A stretch of DNA of 64,000 nucleotides from Rhodospirillaceae bacterium (lineage in GTDB: Bacteria > Pseudomonadota > Gammaproteobacteria > Burkholderiales > SG8-41). Location of the stretch: contig JBLNBW010000107.1 in assembly GCA_050260255.1 (NCBI GenBank), forward strand, positions 1,848-65,847. Direction: 5' to 3'. The notes under the pieces are model-generated. The model saw only the letters and a program-made list of their open reading frames with translations. It did not search any database and had not been told where the DNA came from. The translations under genes and the position numbers were made by a program. Positions 55,223 through 62,930 of the stretch are shown here, in pieces (position 1 is the first letter of the stretch; each line of letters opens with the position of its first letter).

Positions 55223-56710
55223 TTACGAATCGGGCGGCCGATCGGCCGGCGTCTGCGGCGTTTCGGCGTCCTCGTCGGAAGGTATGGCGTCCGCGATGCT
55301 TTCTTCGGCGAGCACTTCATCCACGGGCGCCGCGGCGCGCCGACGGGGCAAGGCAAAGCTCACCACAGCCGAAAGCGCCCACAGCCCGCAGCCGATCCCG
55401 GCAATCGCGTCATACCCGCGGTCGAGCGGCAGCATGCGGCCCGCCGGCGTATACGCGTCCAGTACCGCGGCACTCAGCGCGCTTCCAGTCGAATAGCCGA
55501 TGTAGCGCAGCACGAGATTGAAGCTCATGGCAGAGCCCGTCTCGTGCACCGGCACCGCGCGCACGATCAGCGCCGGCATGGCCGCAAACGTGCAGCTCAC
55601 GCCCAGGCCCGCTACCGCCATGACCACGAAGACCTGCCACAGGCTCGACCGCGCGTAGGTAAACGTCAGCATCGCCATGACGAACATCACGCAGCCGATA
55701 GGCAGCACGAGCTCGGCAGAGGTCCGTTTGGCGATCCACGGCGCCAGTCGGCTGGCCGCAACACTCGCTGCCGAAAACGGCAACAGCACGAGACCGGCCA
55801 GAACGATGGACGCGCCGAAACCGTAACCCGCGTCGGTCGGCGTTTGCACGTAGCGCACGATCGTCGCCAGCAGCAAGTACATTCCCACGCCGGCCAGCAG
55901 CGCCGTCACATCGGCCGTAAGGACCGAGCGGTGCCGCGCGAGCCGCAGGTCGACGAGCGGATGCGGCGTGCGCAACTCGTGGCGCACCCATGACGCAAGC
56001 AGCACGACCGATGCAGCGACCAGCGCGACGAATGGCAACGAGTCCCATCCCCAATGCTTGCCCTGTGTAATCGCGAGCAACAGTGCGGCAAGGCCTCCGC
56101 CCAGCAAGATTGCGCTCAGCACGTCGAGCCGCGACGCTTGCTGCACGGACGATGCGGGCAACACGGCAATCGCGGCGGCAAGGGCAGCGCCGCTCACCAT
56201 CGCGCCGAACTGAAAGCCGGCGTGCAACCCGAATTGTTGTGCAATAAAGCCAGTGATCGGATAACCGAGTCCGACACCGGCCACGGTCGTGATCGACAAC
56301 AGCGCGATCGCGGAGCGCGACCGATCGTGCGGCAGAGCGCTGCGCGCAGTCGCCATGGCAAGCGGCGTGAGTCCTATGCCCAAGCCCTGCAGTCCTCGTC
56401 CGATGATCAGGGCGGGAAAGCCGAGAGGCAGCGCCGCGAGCATGCTGCCCGCCACCACGCCGATGAGGGCGATCAGTATGACCGCCTTTCGGCGCGGGCC
56501 ATCGCCCAGCCGTCCTATCGTCGGCGTCGCAAGCGCACCGACGAGCAGCGTGATCGTCAATGACCACTGCGCCGCGCCCAGTGAAACACCATAAGTGCTC
56601 GCGATCGCCGGGATCAGCGGCGCGCCCAGGCTGCTCACCACAGCGACGACCATGCCGAGGAAGACGAGGGTCGGCACGAGCGCACGCACGCGCCAAGATG
56701 GCGCCGGCAT
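55223..56710 (-). CDS. MFS transporter, 14-TMS drug:H+ antiporter (EmrB/QacA-like)
   Basis: Long polytopic ORF 55223..56776. Start placed at MPAPSWRVRAL (alternative at 56776). Acidic C-terminal tail. Confidence 0.85.
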   Translation of the reverse strand: MPAPSWRVRALVPTLVFLGMVVAVVSSLGAPLIPAIASTYGVSLGAAQWSLTITLLVGALATPTIGRLGDGPRRKAVILIALIGVVAGSMLAALPLGFPALIIGRGLQGLGIGLTPLAMATARSALPHDRSRSAIALLSITTVAGVGLGYPITGFIAQQFGLHAGFQFGAMVSGAALAAAIAVLPASSVQQASRLDVLSAILLGGGLAALLLAITQGKHWGWDSLPFVALVAASVVLLASWVRHELRTPHPLVDLRLARHRSVLTADVTALLAGVGMYLLLATIVRYVQTPTDAGYGFGASIVLAGLVLLPFSAASVAASRLAPWIAKRTSAELVLPIGCVMFVMAMLTFTYARSSLWQVFVVMAVAGLGVSCTFAAMPALIVRAVPVHETGSAMSFNLVLRYIGYSTGSALSAAVLDAYTPAGRMLPLDRGYDAIAGIGCGLWALSAVVSFALPRRRAAAPVDEVLAEESIADAIPSDEDAETPQTPADRPPDS

Positions 56711-57041
56711 GTCAGGCAATGAGCTCACCAATGATCGGTTGCGGGATGTCGGAAAAAGGCCCTGCGGCACATGCAAGAAGCGGCCCGGACTTTAACGCAT
56801 GCGCACGCACGTGCACGGCCGGTCGGGACCGCCGGCCCGTGGGTGCGTCCCGATCCCATGGCTGTGCTCCGAGCGACATGGCATAAAATGGTCGGCACAC
56901 GGGTTCGATCGTCACAATAATGGATCTCTGCACATCCGCCCATTTTTCATTGCACGTCTGCCGATATGTCGGGCGCCGACATGTATGGACCCGCGCCGTG
57001 AAGGGCTGTCCACGCCGGTCTTCTCGTGATGCGCTGATGTC

Positions 57042-58295
57042 ATGAGCGATACAGCGACGGACAAGGCGCGCGAGGCGGCCGAGCGACTCTATCGAACCGA
57101 GTCGCGGCGCGTCCTCGCGACACTGATACGGCTGCTCGGCAGCTTCGACCTCGCCGAAGAAGCGCTGCACGATGCATTCGCGGCGGCGGTCGAGCAATGG
57201 CCAATCGAAGGCATCCCGCACAACCCGCGCGCCTGGCTCGTGTCCGCCGGACGATTCAAGGCTATCGACCGAATACGTCGCCGCGCGAAATTCGATGCGA
57301 CGCTTGCCGAGCTTGCGCGCGAGCTCGACGAGGATGCGGAAATCGCGCCGGAGCCCGATGCGGACAGCGTGCAGGACGATCGTCTGCGCCTTGTATTCAC
57401 GTGCTGCCATCCGGCGCTGCCCCCCGATGCGCAGGTCGCGCTCACGTTGCGCGAGGTATGCGGCCTCACCACGGAGGAAATCGCCCACGCATTCCTCACC
57501 GCGCCGTCCACGCTCGCGCAGCGCATCGTGCGCGCCAAGAACAAGATACGCGCCGCGCGCATTCCCTATCGAGTGCCCACGCAGGAGGATTTGCCCGAAC
57601 GCCTAGACGCCGTGCTGCGCGTGATCTACCTTGTATTCAACGAAGGTTATTCGGCGTCGTCGGGCGAATTGGTCACGCGCCACGATCTCTCGGGCGAAGC
57701 GATCCGTCTCGGCCGGCTGCTGGTGGAGCTTCTGCCCGAGCCCGAAGTGCTGGGACTGCTCGCGCTCATGCTGCTCCAGGAATCGCGACGCGCGGCCCGC
57801 ACGTCCGCCGAGGGTGAAATCATTCTGCTCGCCGATCAGGATCGCACGCTGTGGAACCGTGAGCAGATCGCCGAAGGCCATGCGCTGGTGCAACGCGCGC
57901 TGTCGTCTCAGCGGATCGGGCCCTATGCATTGCAAGCCGCCATCGCAGCGGTACATGCCGAAGCGGCGAGCGAGGCCGACACCGACTGGCCGCAGATCGT
58001 TGCGCTGTACGATGTGCTCATGCGCGTGCATCCCACACCGGTGGTCGCACTCAACCGCGCGGTCGCCGTCGCGATGCGGGATGGCCCGCAAGCGGGTCTT
58101 GTCATCGTCGACGCTCTTCTCGCCGCAGGCGATCTCTCCGATTATCACTTGGCACATGCGGCCCGCGCCGATCTCTGCCGTCGGCTCGGCCGGAAAGCCG
58201 AAGCCCGCGCATCGTATCGGCGCGCGCTCTCGCTCGTACGCCAGGCGCCCGAACGGCGCTTTCTCGAACGCCGGCTCGCCGAACTCGCCGGCTGA
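57042..58295 (+). CDS. ECF sigma factor with a long C-terminal TPR-like extension (ECF42-type)
   Basis: 417 aa. Sigma2 (NPRAWLVSAGRFKAIDRIRR), sigma4 (ALTLREVCGLTTEEIAHAFL...AQRIVRAKNKI), then a ~230-aa extension (VIYLVFNEGY...). Adjacent YCII/DGPF genes. Confidence 0.88.
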   Translation: MSDTATDKAREAAERLYRTESRRVLATLIRLLGSFDLAEEALHDAFAAAVEQWPIEGIPHNPRAWLVSAGRFKAIDRIRRRAKFDATLAELARELDEDAEIAPEPDADSVQDDRLRLVFTCCHPALPPDAQVALTLREVCGLTTEEIAHAFLTAPSTLAQRIVRAKNKIRAARIPYRVPTQEDLPERLDAVLRVIYLVFNEGYSASSGELVTRHDLSGEAIRLGRLLVELLPEPEVLGLLALMLLQESRRAARTSAEGEIILLADQDRTLWNREQIAEGHALVQRALSSQRIGPYALQAAIAAVHAEAASEADTDWPQIVALYDVLMRVHPTPVVALNRAVAVAMRDGPQAGLVIVDALLAAGDLSDYHLAHAARADLCRRLGRKAEARASYRRALSLVRQAPERRFLERRLAELAG

Positions 58296-58313
58296 CCACC
58301 GCTTCTCGCCCGA

Positions 58314-58340
58314 TGTCGATTTGCGGGAGCGCCATTCGAC
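58314..58340 (+). promoter_or_regulatory. candidate ECF42-dependent promoter P1 (TGTCGA-N17-CGAC)
   Basis: cgATGTCGATTTgcgggaGCGCCAttCGACTA, 34 nt upstream of the YCII gene ATG. Nearly identical block at 58772-58798. Confidence 0.6.
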
Positions 58341-58373
58341 TAGGATAGTGTCCCGCTCACTTTGGAGAACCCC

Positions 58374-58757
58374 ATGAAGTTCCTGTGTTTGATCTGCGCG
58401 GAAAAGGTCATGGAACAGATGCCGGAAGCCGATGCGGCGGCGCATTACCGCGAATATGCTGACTTTACGGAATCGATACGCCGCAGCGGCCATTTCATAG
58501 ATTGCAATCGCTTGCTGCCTGCAGCGACGGCCACGACAATACGGGTGCGCAAAGGCGCGATCACCGCGACCGACGGCCCGTTTGCCGAAACGAAGGAACA
58601 GTTCGGCGGCTATTACGTGATCCGAGCGCGCGATTTGAACGAGGCTATCCTGGTCGCCTCCAGGATTCCCGGCGCGGCGCGTGGTTGCGTGGAAATCCGG
58701 GCGATCGCTGATGATCAGCAGACGGTGCAGGCGCTCGGATTGCCCGGCGCCGCCTAG
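58374..58757 (+). CDS. YCII-related (DGPF) domain protein
   Basis: MKFLCLICAEK..., TDGPFAETKEQFGGYYVIRARDLNEAILVASRIP: the classic YCII/DGPF pattern. 127 aa. Confidence 0.88.
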   Translation: MKFLCLICAEKVMEQMPEADAAAHYREYADFTESIRRSGHFIDCNRLLPAATATTIRVRKGAITATDGPFAETKEQFGGYYVIRARDLNEAILVASRIPGAARGCVEIRAIADDQQTVQALGLPGAA

Positions 58758-58771
58758 GCCGACGTTTACGA

Positions 58772-58798
58772 TGTCGATTTCGGCATGCGCCAAACGAC
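58772..58798 (+). promoter_or_regulatory. candidate ECF42-dependent promoter P2 (TGTCGA-N17-CGAC)
   Basis: cgATGTCGATTTcggcatGCGCCAaaCGACTA, 32 nt upstream of the second YCII ATG. Same spacing as P1. Confidence 0.6.
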
Positions 58799-58829
58799 TA
58801 CAAGCAGCTAACCCATTGGAGGAGAACGC

Positions 58830-59207
58830 ATGAAGTATCTTTGCCTGGTCTATCTGGACGAGCGCCGTTTGGACGAGCTGCCGGACGAAGACTGCGTCGC
58901 TTACGACGCATCGATACGGGCGAGCGGCCACTGCATTGCGTCCGAAGCGCTCGAATCCGTGCAGACCGCCACAACGGTCCGCGTGCGCGACGGCAGGGTG
59001 TCGGTCACCGACGGGCCGTTCGCCGAAACCAAGGAACAGCTCGCCGGCTTCTACATGATCGATGCGCGCGACCTCGACGAAGCCATCCACATCGCGTCGA
59101 AAATCCCGCCGGCGCGCGTCGGCAGCATCGAAGTTCGTCCCGTGCGGCCGATACGCGAGACGGTCGCCCAACGCAAAGCGCCCGCTGTGGCAAAGGAGGC
59201 ATCATGA
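58830..59207 (+). CDS. YCII-related (DGPF) domain protein
   Basis: MKYLCLVYLDE..., TDGPFAETKEQLAGFYMIDARDLDEAIHIASKIP. GGAGGAG SD. Stop overlaps the next start (ATGA). Confidence 0.9.
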   Translation: MKYLCLVYLDERRLDELPDEDCVAYDASIRASGHCIASEALESVQTATTVRVRDGRVSVTDGPFAETKEQLAGFYMIDARDLDEAIHIASKIPPARVGSIEVRPVRPIRETVAQRKAPAVAKEAS

Positions 59208-60328
59208 AACTCTTGATCACCGTAGCCACGCGCAAGGGCGCGTGGCTGTATCACGGCACTTCTGCGCGCGATACCTGGCGTGTAGACGGCCCGCATTTCC
59301 TCGGCCACGTGATCAGCCAGGTGGTGCTCGATCCGCGCGATCGCACGACGCTGCTTGCAGCGGCTAAAACCGGGCATCTGGGCCCCACGATCTTCCGCTC
59401 CACCGATCTCGGTCGTACCTGGAAAGAAGCCGCACAGCCGCCGGCTTTCGCCAAGGCGACGGCCGGTGCGCAGGGCCGCTCGGTCGATCACACGTTCTGG
59501 CTGACGCCGGGGCCGGCGAGCGAGCGCAACGTGTGGTACGCAGGCACCTCGCCGCAAGGTCTTTTCCGCTCCGAAGACGGCGGCGTGACGTGGCAGCCGT
59601 TTTCCACCATCAACGAGGACCCGCAGTACCGCAAATGGATGGGCACCGTGCAGGACGGAACGCCCGATGGGCCCAAGCTGCACTCCATCATCGTCGATCC
59701 GCGCGATCCGGCGCACATGTACTTTGCGATGTCGGGCGGCGGCGTTCACGAGACGCGCGACCGCGGGCGCACGTGGACTCCGCTGCTCAAGGGACTCGAG
59801 GTAGTCGAAGGTTTCGATCGCAGCGAGCCGACCTTTCACGACCCGCATTGCATTCGCATGTGTCCGACCAATCCGGACCGTCTCTATCAGCAGAATCACT
59901 GCGGCATTTACCGCATCGACCGCCCGTCCGACGTGTGGCTGCGCATCGGCAAAAACATGCCGGCGCACGTCGGAGACATCGGCTTTCCACTGGTCGTCCA
60001 TCCGCGCGATGCGAACGCCGCGTGGGTGTTTCCGATGGACGGCACGACGGTATGGCCGCGCACGAGCCCGGACGGCAAACCGGCGGTGTACGGCACGCGC
60101 AATGCCGGTGAAACGTGGGATCGGCTCGATGCAGGCTTGCCGCGCGAGCAGGCATGGTGGACCGTGAAGCGTCAGGCCATGACGGCCGATGCAGCCGATC
60201 CCGTCGGGCTTTATTTCGGCACGACGAGCGGCGAGCTCTGGGCGAGCCGCGACGAAGGTCGGAACTGGGCGTGCATGGCGCAGCATCTGCCGGAGATCTA
60301 CGCAGTGGACGCGGCGCAACTCGAGTAG
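59204..60328 (+). CDS. BNR/Asp-box beta-propeller protein (sialidase-fold, Ycf48-like), cytoplasmic
   Basis: AAGGAGG SD. Repeated S/T-x-D-x-G-x-T-W boxes (STDLGRTWK, SEDGGVTWQ, TRDRGRTWT, NAGETWD, SRDEGRNWA). No signal peptide. 374 aa. Confidence 0.8.
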   Translation: MKLLITVATRKGAWLYHGTSARDTWRVDGPHFLGHVISQVVLDPRDRTTLLAAAKTGHLGPTIFRSTDLGRTWKEAAQPPAFAKATAGAQGRSVDHTFWLTPGPASERNVWYAGTSPQGLFRSEDGGVTWQPFSTINEDPQYRKWMGTVQDGTPDGPKLHSIIVDPRDPAHMYFAMSGGGVHETRDRGRTWTPLLKGLEVVEGFDRSEPTFHDPHCIRMCPTNPDRLYQQNHCGIYRIDRPSDVWLRIGKNMPAHVGDIGFPLVVHPRDANAAWVFPMDGTTVWPRTSPDGKPAVYGTRNAGETWDRLDAGLPREQAWWTVKRQAMTADAADPVGLYFGTTSGELWASRDEGRNWACMAQHLPEIYAVDAAQLE

Positions 60329-60337
60329 CCGTCGGCG

Positions 60338-60595
60338 ATGAAAGTACTGATACCGAGCGCGCTGCGGTCCTACACCGAAAGCAGCATCGCCGAAGCGAGC
60401 GGCGCGACGCTCGCCGAAGTGCTGGCCGACCTGGATCGCCGCTACGCAGGCATACGGTTCCGCATGGTCGATGAGCAGGATCGCATACGGCGTCATATCC
60501 GCGTGTTCGTAAACGGCGAGCAGGTGCACGACCTCGCCCGAACCCTGGCGCCGGCCGATGAAGTCGTCATCGTGCAGGCCTTGAGCGGCGGCTAG
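60338..60595 (+). CDS. MoaD/ThiS-family ubiquitin-like beta-grasp protein ending in Gly-Gly
   Basis: 85 aa. ...HIRVFVNGEQVHDLARTLAPADEVVIVQALSGG*. Starts 9 nt after the propeller gene stop. Confidence 0.78.
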   Translation: MKVLIPSALRSYTESSIAEASGATLAEVLADLDRRYAGIRFRMVDEQDRIRRHIRVFVNGEQVHDLARTLAPADEVVIVQALSGG

Positions 60596-60667
60596 CGGCC
60601 GAATCGCGCGCGACACCATCGACTCGAGGCAAGCGTCCGATCGACGCGACACCGAAGGGAGAACACC

Positions 60668-61084
60668 ATGCGATACATGATCCTCGTGAAAGCGACCAAG
60701 GATTCGGAAGCCGGCGTGATGCCTCCCGAGCATCTCATCGCCCAGATGGCGGCCTTCCACGAAGAACTCGCGCAAGCCGGCGTGCTCGTCGACGCATCCG
60801 GGCTGCAGGCGAGCTCGAAAGGATGGCGCGTACGCTACAACGGGAGCGAGCGGACGCTAATCGACGGTCCGTTCACCGAGACCAAAGAACTGATTGCGGG
60901 CTACACGATCATCCGCGTGAACTCGCCAGAAGAAGCGCTGGAATGGTCCTTGCGCTTTCCCAATCCGTCCATCGACGGCAGACACGCAGAAATCGAAGTG
61001 CGGCGCTTCTTCGAGCTGGACGATTTCGGTCGCAGCAAGGCGGTAGACCGCTTTCGCGAGCTCGAAGCGAGCAGGGCCGCGTAA
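60668..61084 (+). CDS. YCII-related (DGPF) domain protein
   Basis: MRYMILVKATKDSEAGVMP..., IDGPFTETKELIAGYTIIRVNSPEEALEW. GGGAGA SD. 138 aa. Confidence 0.9.
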   Translation: MRYMILVKATKDSEAGVMPPEHLIAQMAAFHEELAQAGVLVDASGLQASSKGWRVRYNGSERTLIDGPFTETKELIAGYTIIRVNSPEEALEWSLRFPNPSIDGRHAEIEVRRFFELDDFGRSKAVDRFRELEASRAA

Positions 61085-61109
61085 CGAGCGCACCACCGGA
61101 GAGACGAAT

Positions 61110-61532
61110 ATGAAAATCGAGCCTTATCTTTTTTTCGAAGGTCGCTGTGAAGAAGCCATCGAGTTCTACCGCAACGCGGTCGGCGCGGAAGTTTTGATGC
61201 TGATGCGCTACAAGGACAGTCCCGAAACGCCGCCGCCAGGCCAATTGCCGCCCGGTTCCGAGCAGAAGATCATGCATGCGTCGCTGCGCATCGGCGAAAC
61301 GAACGTCATGGCCTCCGACGGCTTCTGCAGTGGAGCGACGAAATTCCAGGGGTTTTCGCTGTCGCTTACCGCAAAGAACGAAGGCGAAGCGGACAAGCTG
61401 TTCGCTGCGCTGAGCGATGGCGGGCAGGTTCAGATGCCGCTTGGGAAGACGTTCTTTTCGACGCGTTTCGGCATGCTGGTCGATCGCTACGGGGTGTCGT
61501 GGATGATCATCGTGCCCGCCCCCGAACGCTGA
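61110..61532 (+). CDS. VOC/glyoxalase-fold protein (PhnB-like)
   Basis: MKIEPYLFFEGRCEEAIEFYRNAVGAEV...IMHASLRIGETNVMASDG...DRYGVSWMI: the PhnB/3-demethylubiquinone-MTase-like family pattern. Confidence 0.88.
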   Translation: MKIEPYLFFEGRCEEAIEFYRNAVGAEVLMLMRYKDSPETPPPGQLPPGSEQKIMHASLRIGETNVMASDGFCSGATKFQGFSLSLTAKNEGEADKLFAALSDGGQVQMPLGKTFFSTRFGMLVDRYGVSWMIIVPAPER

Positions 61533-61549
61533 CCGCAGCGAAGCGGCGC

Positions 61550-61583
61550 AAAAAAAAAGCAGGGCGAACGCCCTGCTTTTTTT
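61550..61583. terminator. bidirectional rho-independent terminator
   Basis: AAAAAAAAA-GCAGGGCG-aa-CGCCCTGC-TTTTTTT, between convergent genes. Confidence 0.9.
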
Positions 61584-61599
61584 CGCGTGCGACCCGCGC

Positions 61600-61785
61600 T
61601 TAGCGCTTGGTCTTGGACTTTGTTTTCGACTTGTCCGATTTGTGCATGTCGTCGCTGCCTTTTTTCGCGTCCTTGGTCGCGGCCGGCTTCTTCGTCTCTT
61701 TAGCGGTATCCGCAGCGAAGCCGGAAACGGATGAGAAGGCAAACGCACCGGCAATGGCAATGGCAATGGCAATGAGCTTGTTCAT
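61600..61785 (-). CDS. small secreted Lys-rich low-complexity protein
   Basis: AGGAGGAG SD. Signal peptide MNKLIAIAIAIAGAFAFSSVSGFA, then a KETKKPAATKDAKKGSDDMHKSDKSKTKSKTKR tail. 61 aa. Confidence 0.7.
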   Translation of the reverse strand: MNKLIAIAIAIAGAFAFSSVSGFAADTAKETKKPAATKDAKKGSDDMHKSDKSKTKSKTKR

Positions 61786-61884
61786 GATCGGTCTCCTCCT
61801 TTGGGTTTATGGTGGTACTGCACGGCTAGGATACGCTTTTTTTTGAAAATCGGCGCAAGCGGCGCGACAGGCTCCATGCCGGCG

Positions 61885-62883
61885 TCATTGCGGCTGGATG
61901 CCGGCGCTTTTCACCACCTTCGCCCATTTGGCGGTCTCGCTGCGAATGAACGCCCCGAATTCCTCAGGCGAGGCGCTGGGCATCGGCTCGGCACCGTCGC
62001 TTATGAAGCGCTTGCTGACGGTTTCGTCCCGCACGGCCTGAACGATCGCCTCGTGCACCTTGTTCACGATTTCGCGCGGCGTGCCGGCTGGTGCCAGCAC
62101 GCCATACCAGGTCGTCGCCTCATAGCCCGGGAATCCCACTTCGGCGATCGCCGGAATCTCGGGCGCGGTCTTCACGCGGTTCGCGCTCGTCACCCCGAGC
62201 GCCCGCACCCGCCCGGAGCGCACGTGCTGCAGCGAGCTCATCACATTGCCGAACATGATGGGCGCGTGCCCGGCGACCACGTCGAGAAACGCCGCCCCGC
62301 CGCTCTTGTAGGGAATGTGCACGATCTTGATGTCCGTCATGCTGATGAGGAGCTCCATCGCGAGATGCGCCGTGCTGCCAACGCCCGGCGACGCATAATT
62401 GATCTGTCCCGGCCGCGCTTTGGCGAGCGCCACGAAGCCCTTCACCGATTCGACGGGCAGCGAAGGGTGGACAATCATCATATTGGGCATCACCACGGCC
62501 AGTGACACCGGCGCGAAATCCCGCTCCAGGCTGAAAGGAATGTTTTTCATCAGCGCCGGATTGCTTGCGTTCGACGCGATCATGGCCGCGAGCGTGTATC
62601 CGTCGGCCGGCGCACGCGCAGCGATTTCGAGCCCGATGTTGCCGGCCTGTCCGGGCCGGTTGTCGATCACGATGCGTTGACCCAGGATGTCGCCGAGCTT
62701 GGGCGTAATGATGCGCATCGTCGTGTCGGTGCCGCCGCCCGGCGAAGAAGGCACGACGAGACGCACCGGCTTTTCCGGATATGCGCCGAACGCCGGCATG
62801 GCAGCGCCAGCGAGCGCGAGACCGCCCAAAAGAAGGCCGCATTGGGACGTGCGTGCGAGACGGTGCAGCGTGTTCCACGACAT
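61885..62883 (-). CDS. Bug/TctC-family substrate-binding protein
   Basis: ORF trimmed to MSWNTLHRLARTS... (GGAGGAG SD). YPEKPVRLVVPSSPGGGTD motif. 332 aa. Confidence 0.9.
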   Translation of the reverse strand: MSWNTLHRLARTSQCGLLLGGLALAGAAMPAFGAYPEKPVRLVVPSSPGGGTDTTMRIITPKLGDILGQRIVIDNRPGQAGNIGLEIAARAPADGYTLAAMIASNASNPALMKNIPFSLERDFAPVSLAVVMPNMMIVHPSLPVESVKGFVALAKARPGQINYASPGVGSTAHLAMELLISMTDIKIVHIPYKSGGAAFLDVVAGHAPIMFGNVMSSLQHVRSGRVRALGVTSANRVKTAPEIPAIAEVGFPGYEATTWYGVLAPAGTPREIVNKVHEAIVQAVRDETVSKRFISDGAEPMPSASPEEFGAFIRSETAKWAKVVKSAGIQPQ

Positions 62884-62930
62884 GAGGCTCCTCCTATATT
62901 GTGTCGACGTGACGGATCGATGTCCGCTTG

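Noticed and set aside
56966-56982. Palindrome ATGTCGG-gcg-CCGACAT upstream of the sigma gene as an autoregulatory ECF42 promoter
   Set aside because: It contains a TGTCGG -35-like hexamer, but no CGAC or CGTC at the 17-nt spacing (CCCG instead). It may be an unrelated operator and is not claimed.
60617-60645. Third ECF42-type promoter upstream of YCII-3
   Set aside because: CATCGA-N19-CGAC has the wrong -35 bases and the wrong spacing compared with the two TGTCGA-N17-CGAC copies. It is too weak to call.
59051-60775. 574-aa minus-strand ORF opposite the propeller and MoaD-like genes
   Set aside because: Antisense shadow frame. The plus-strand genes have SDs, Asp-box repeats and a GG terminus.
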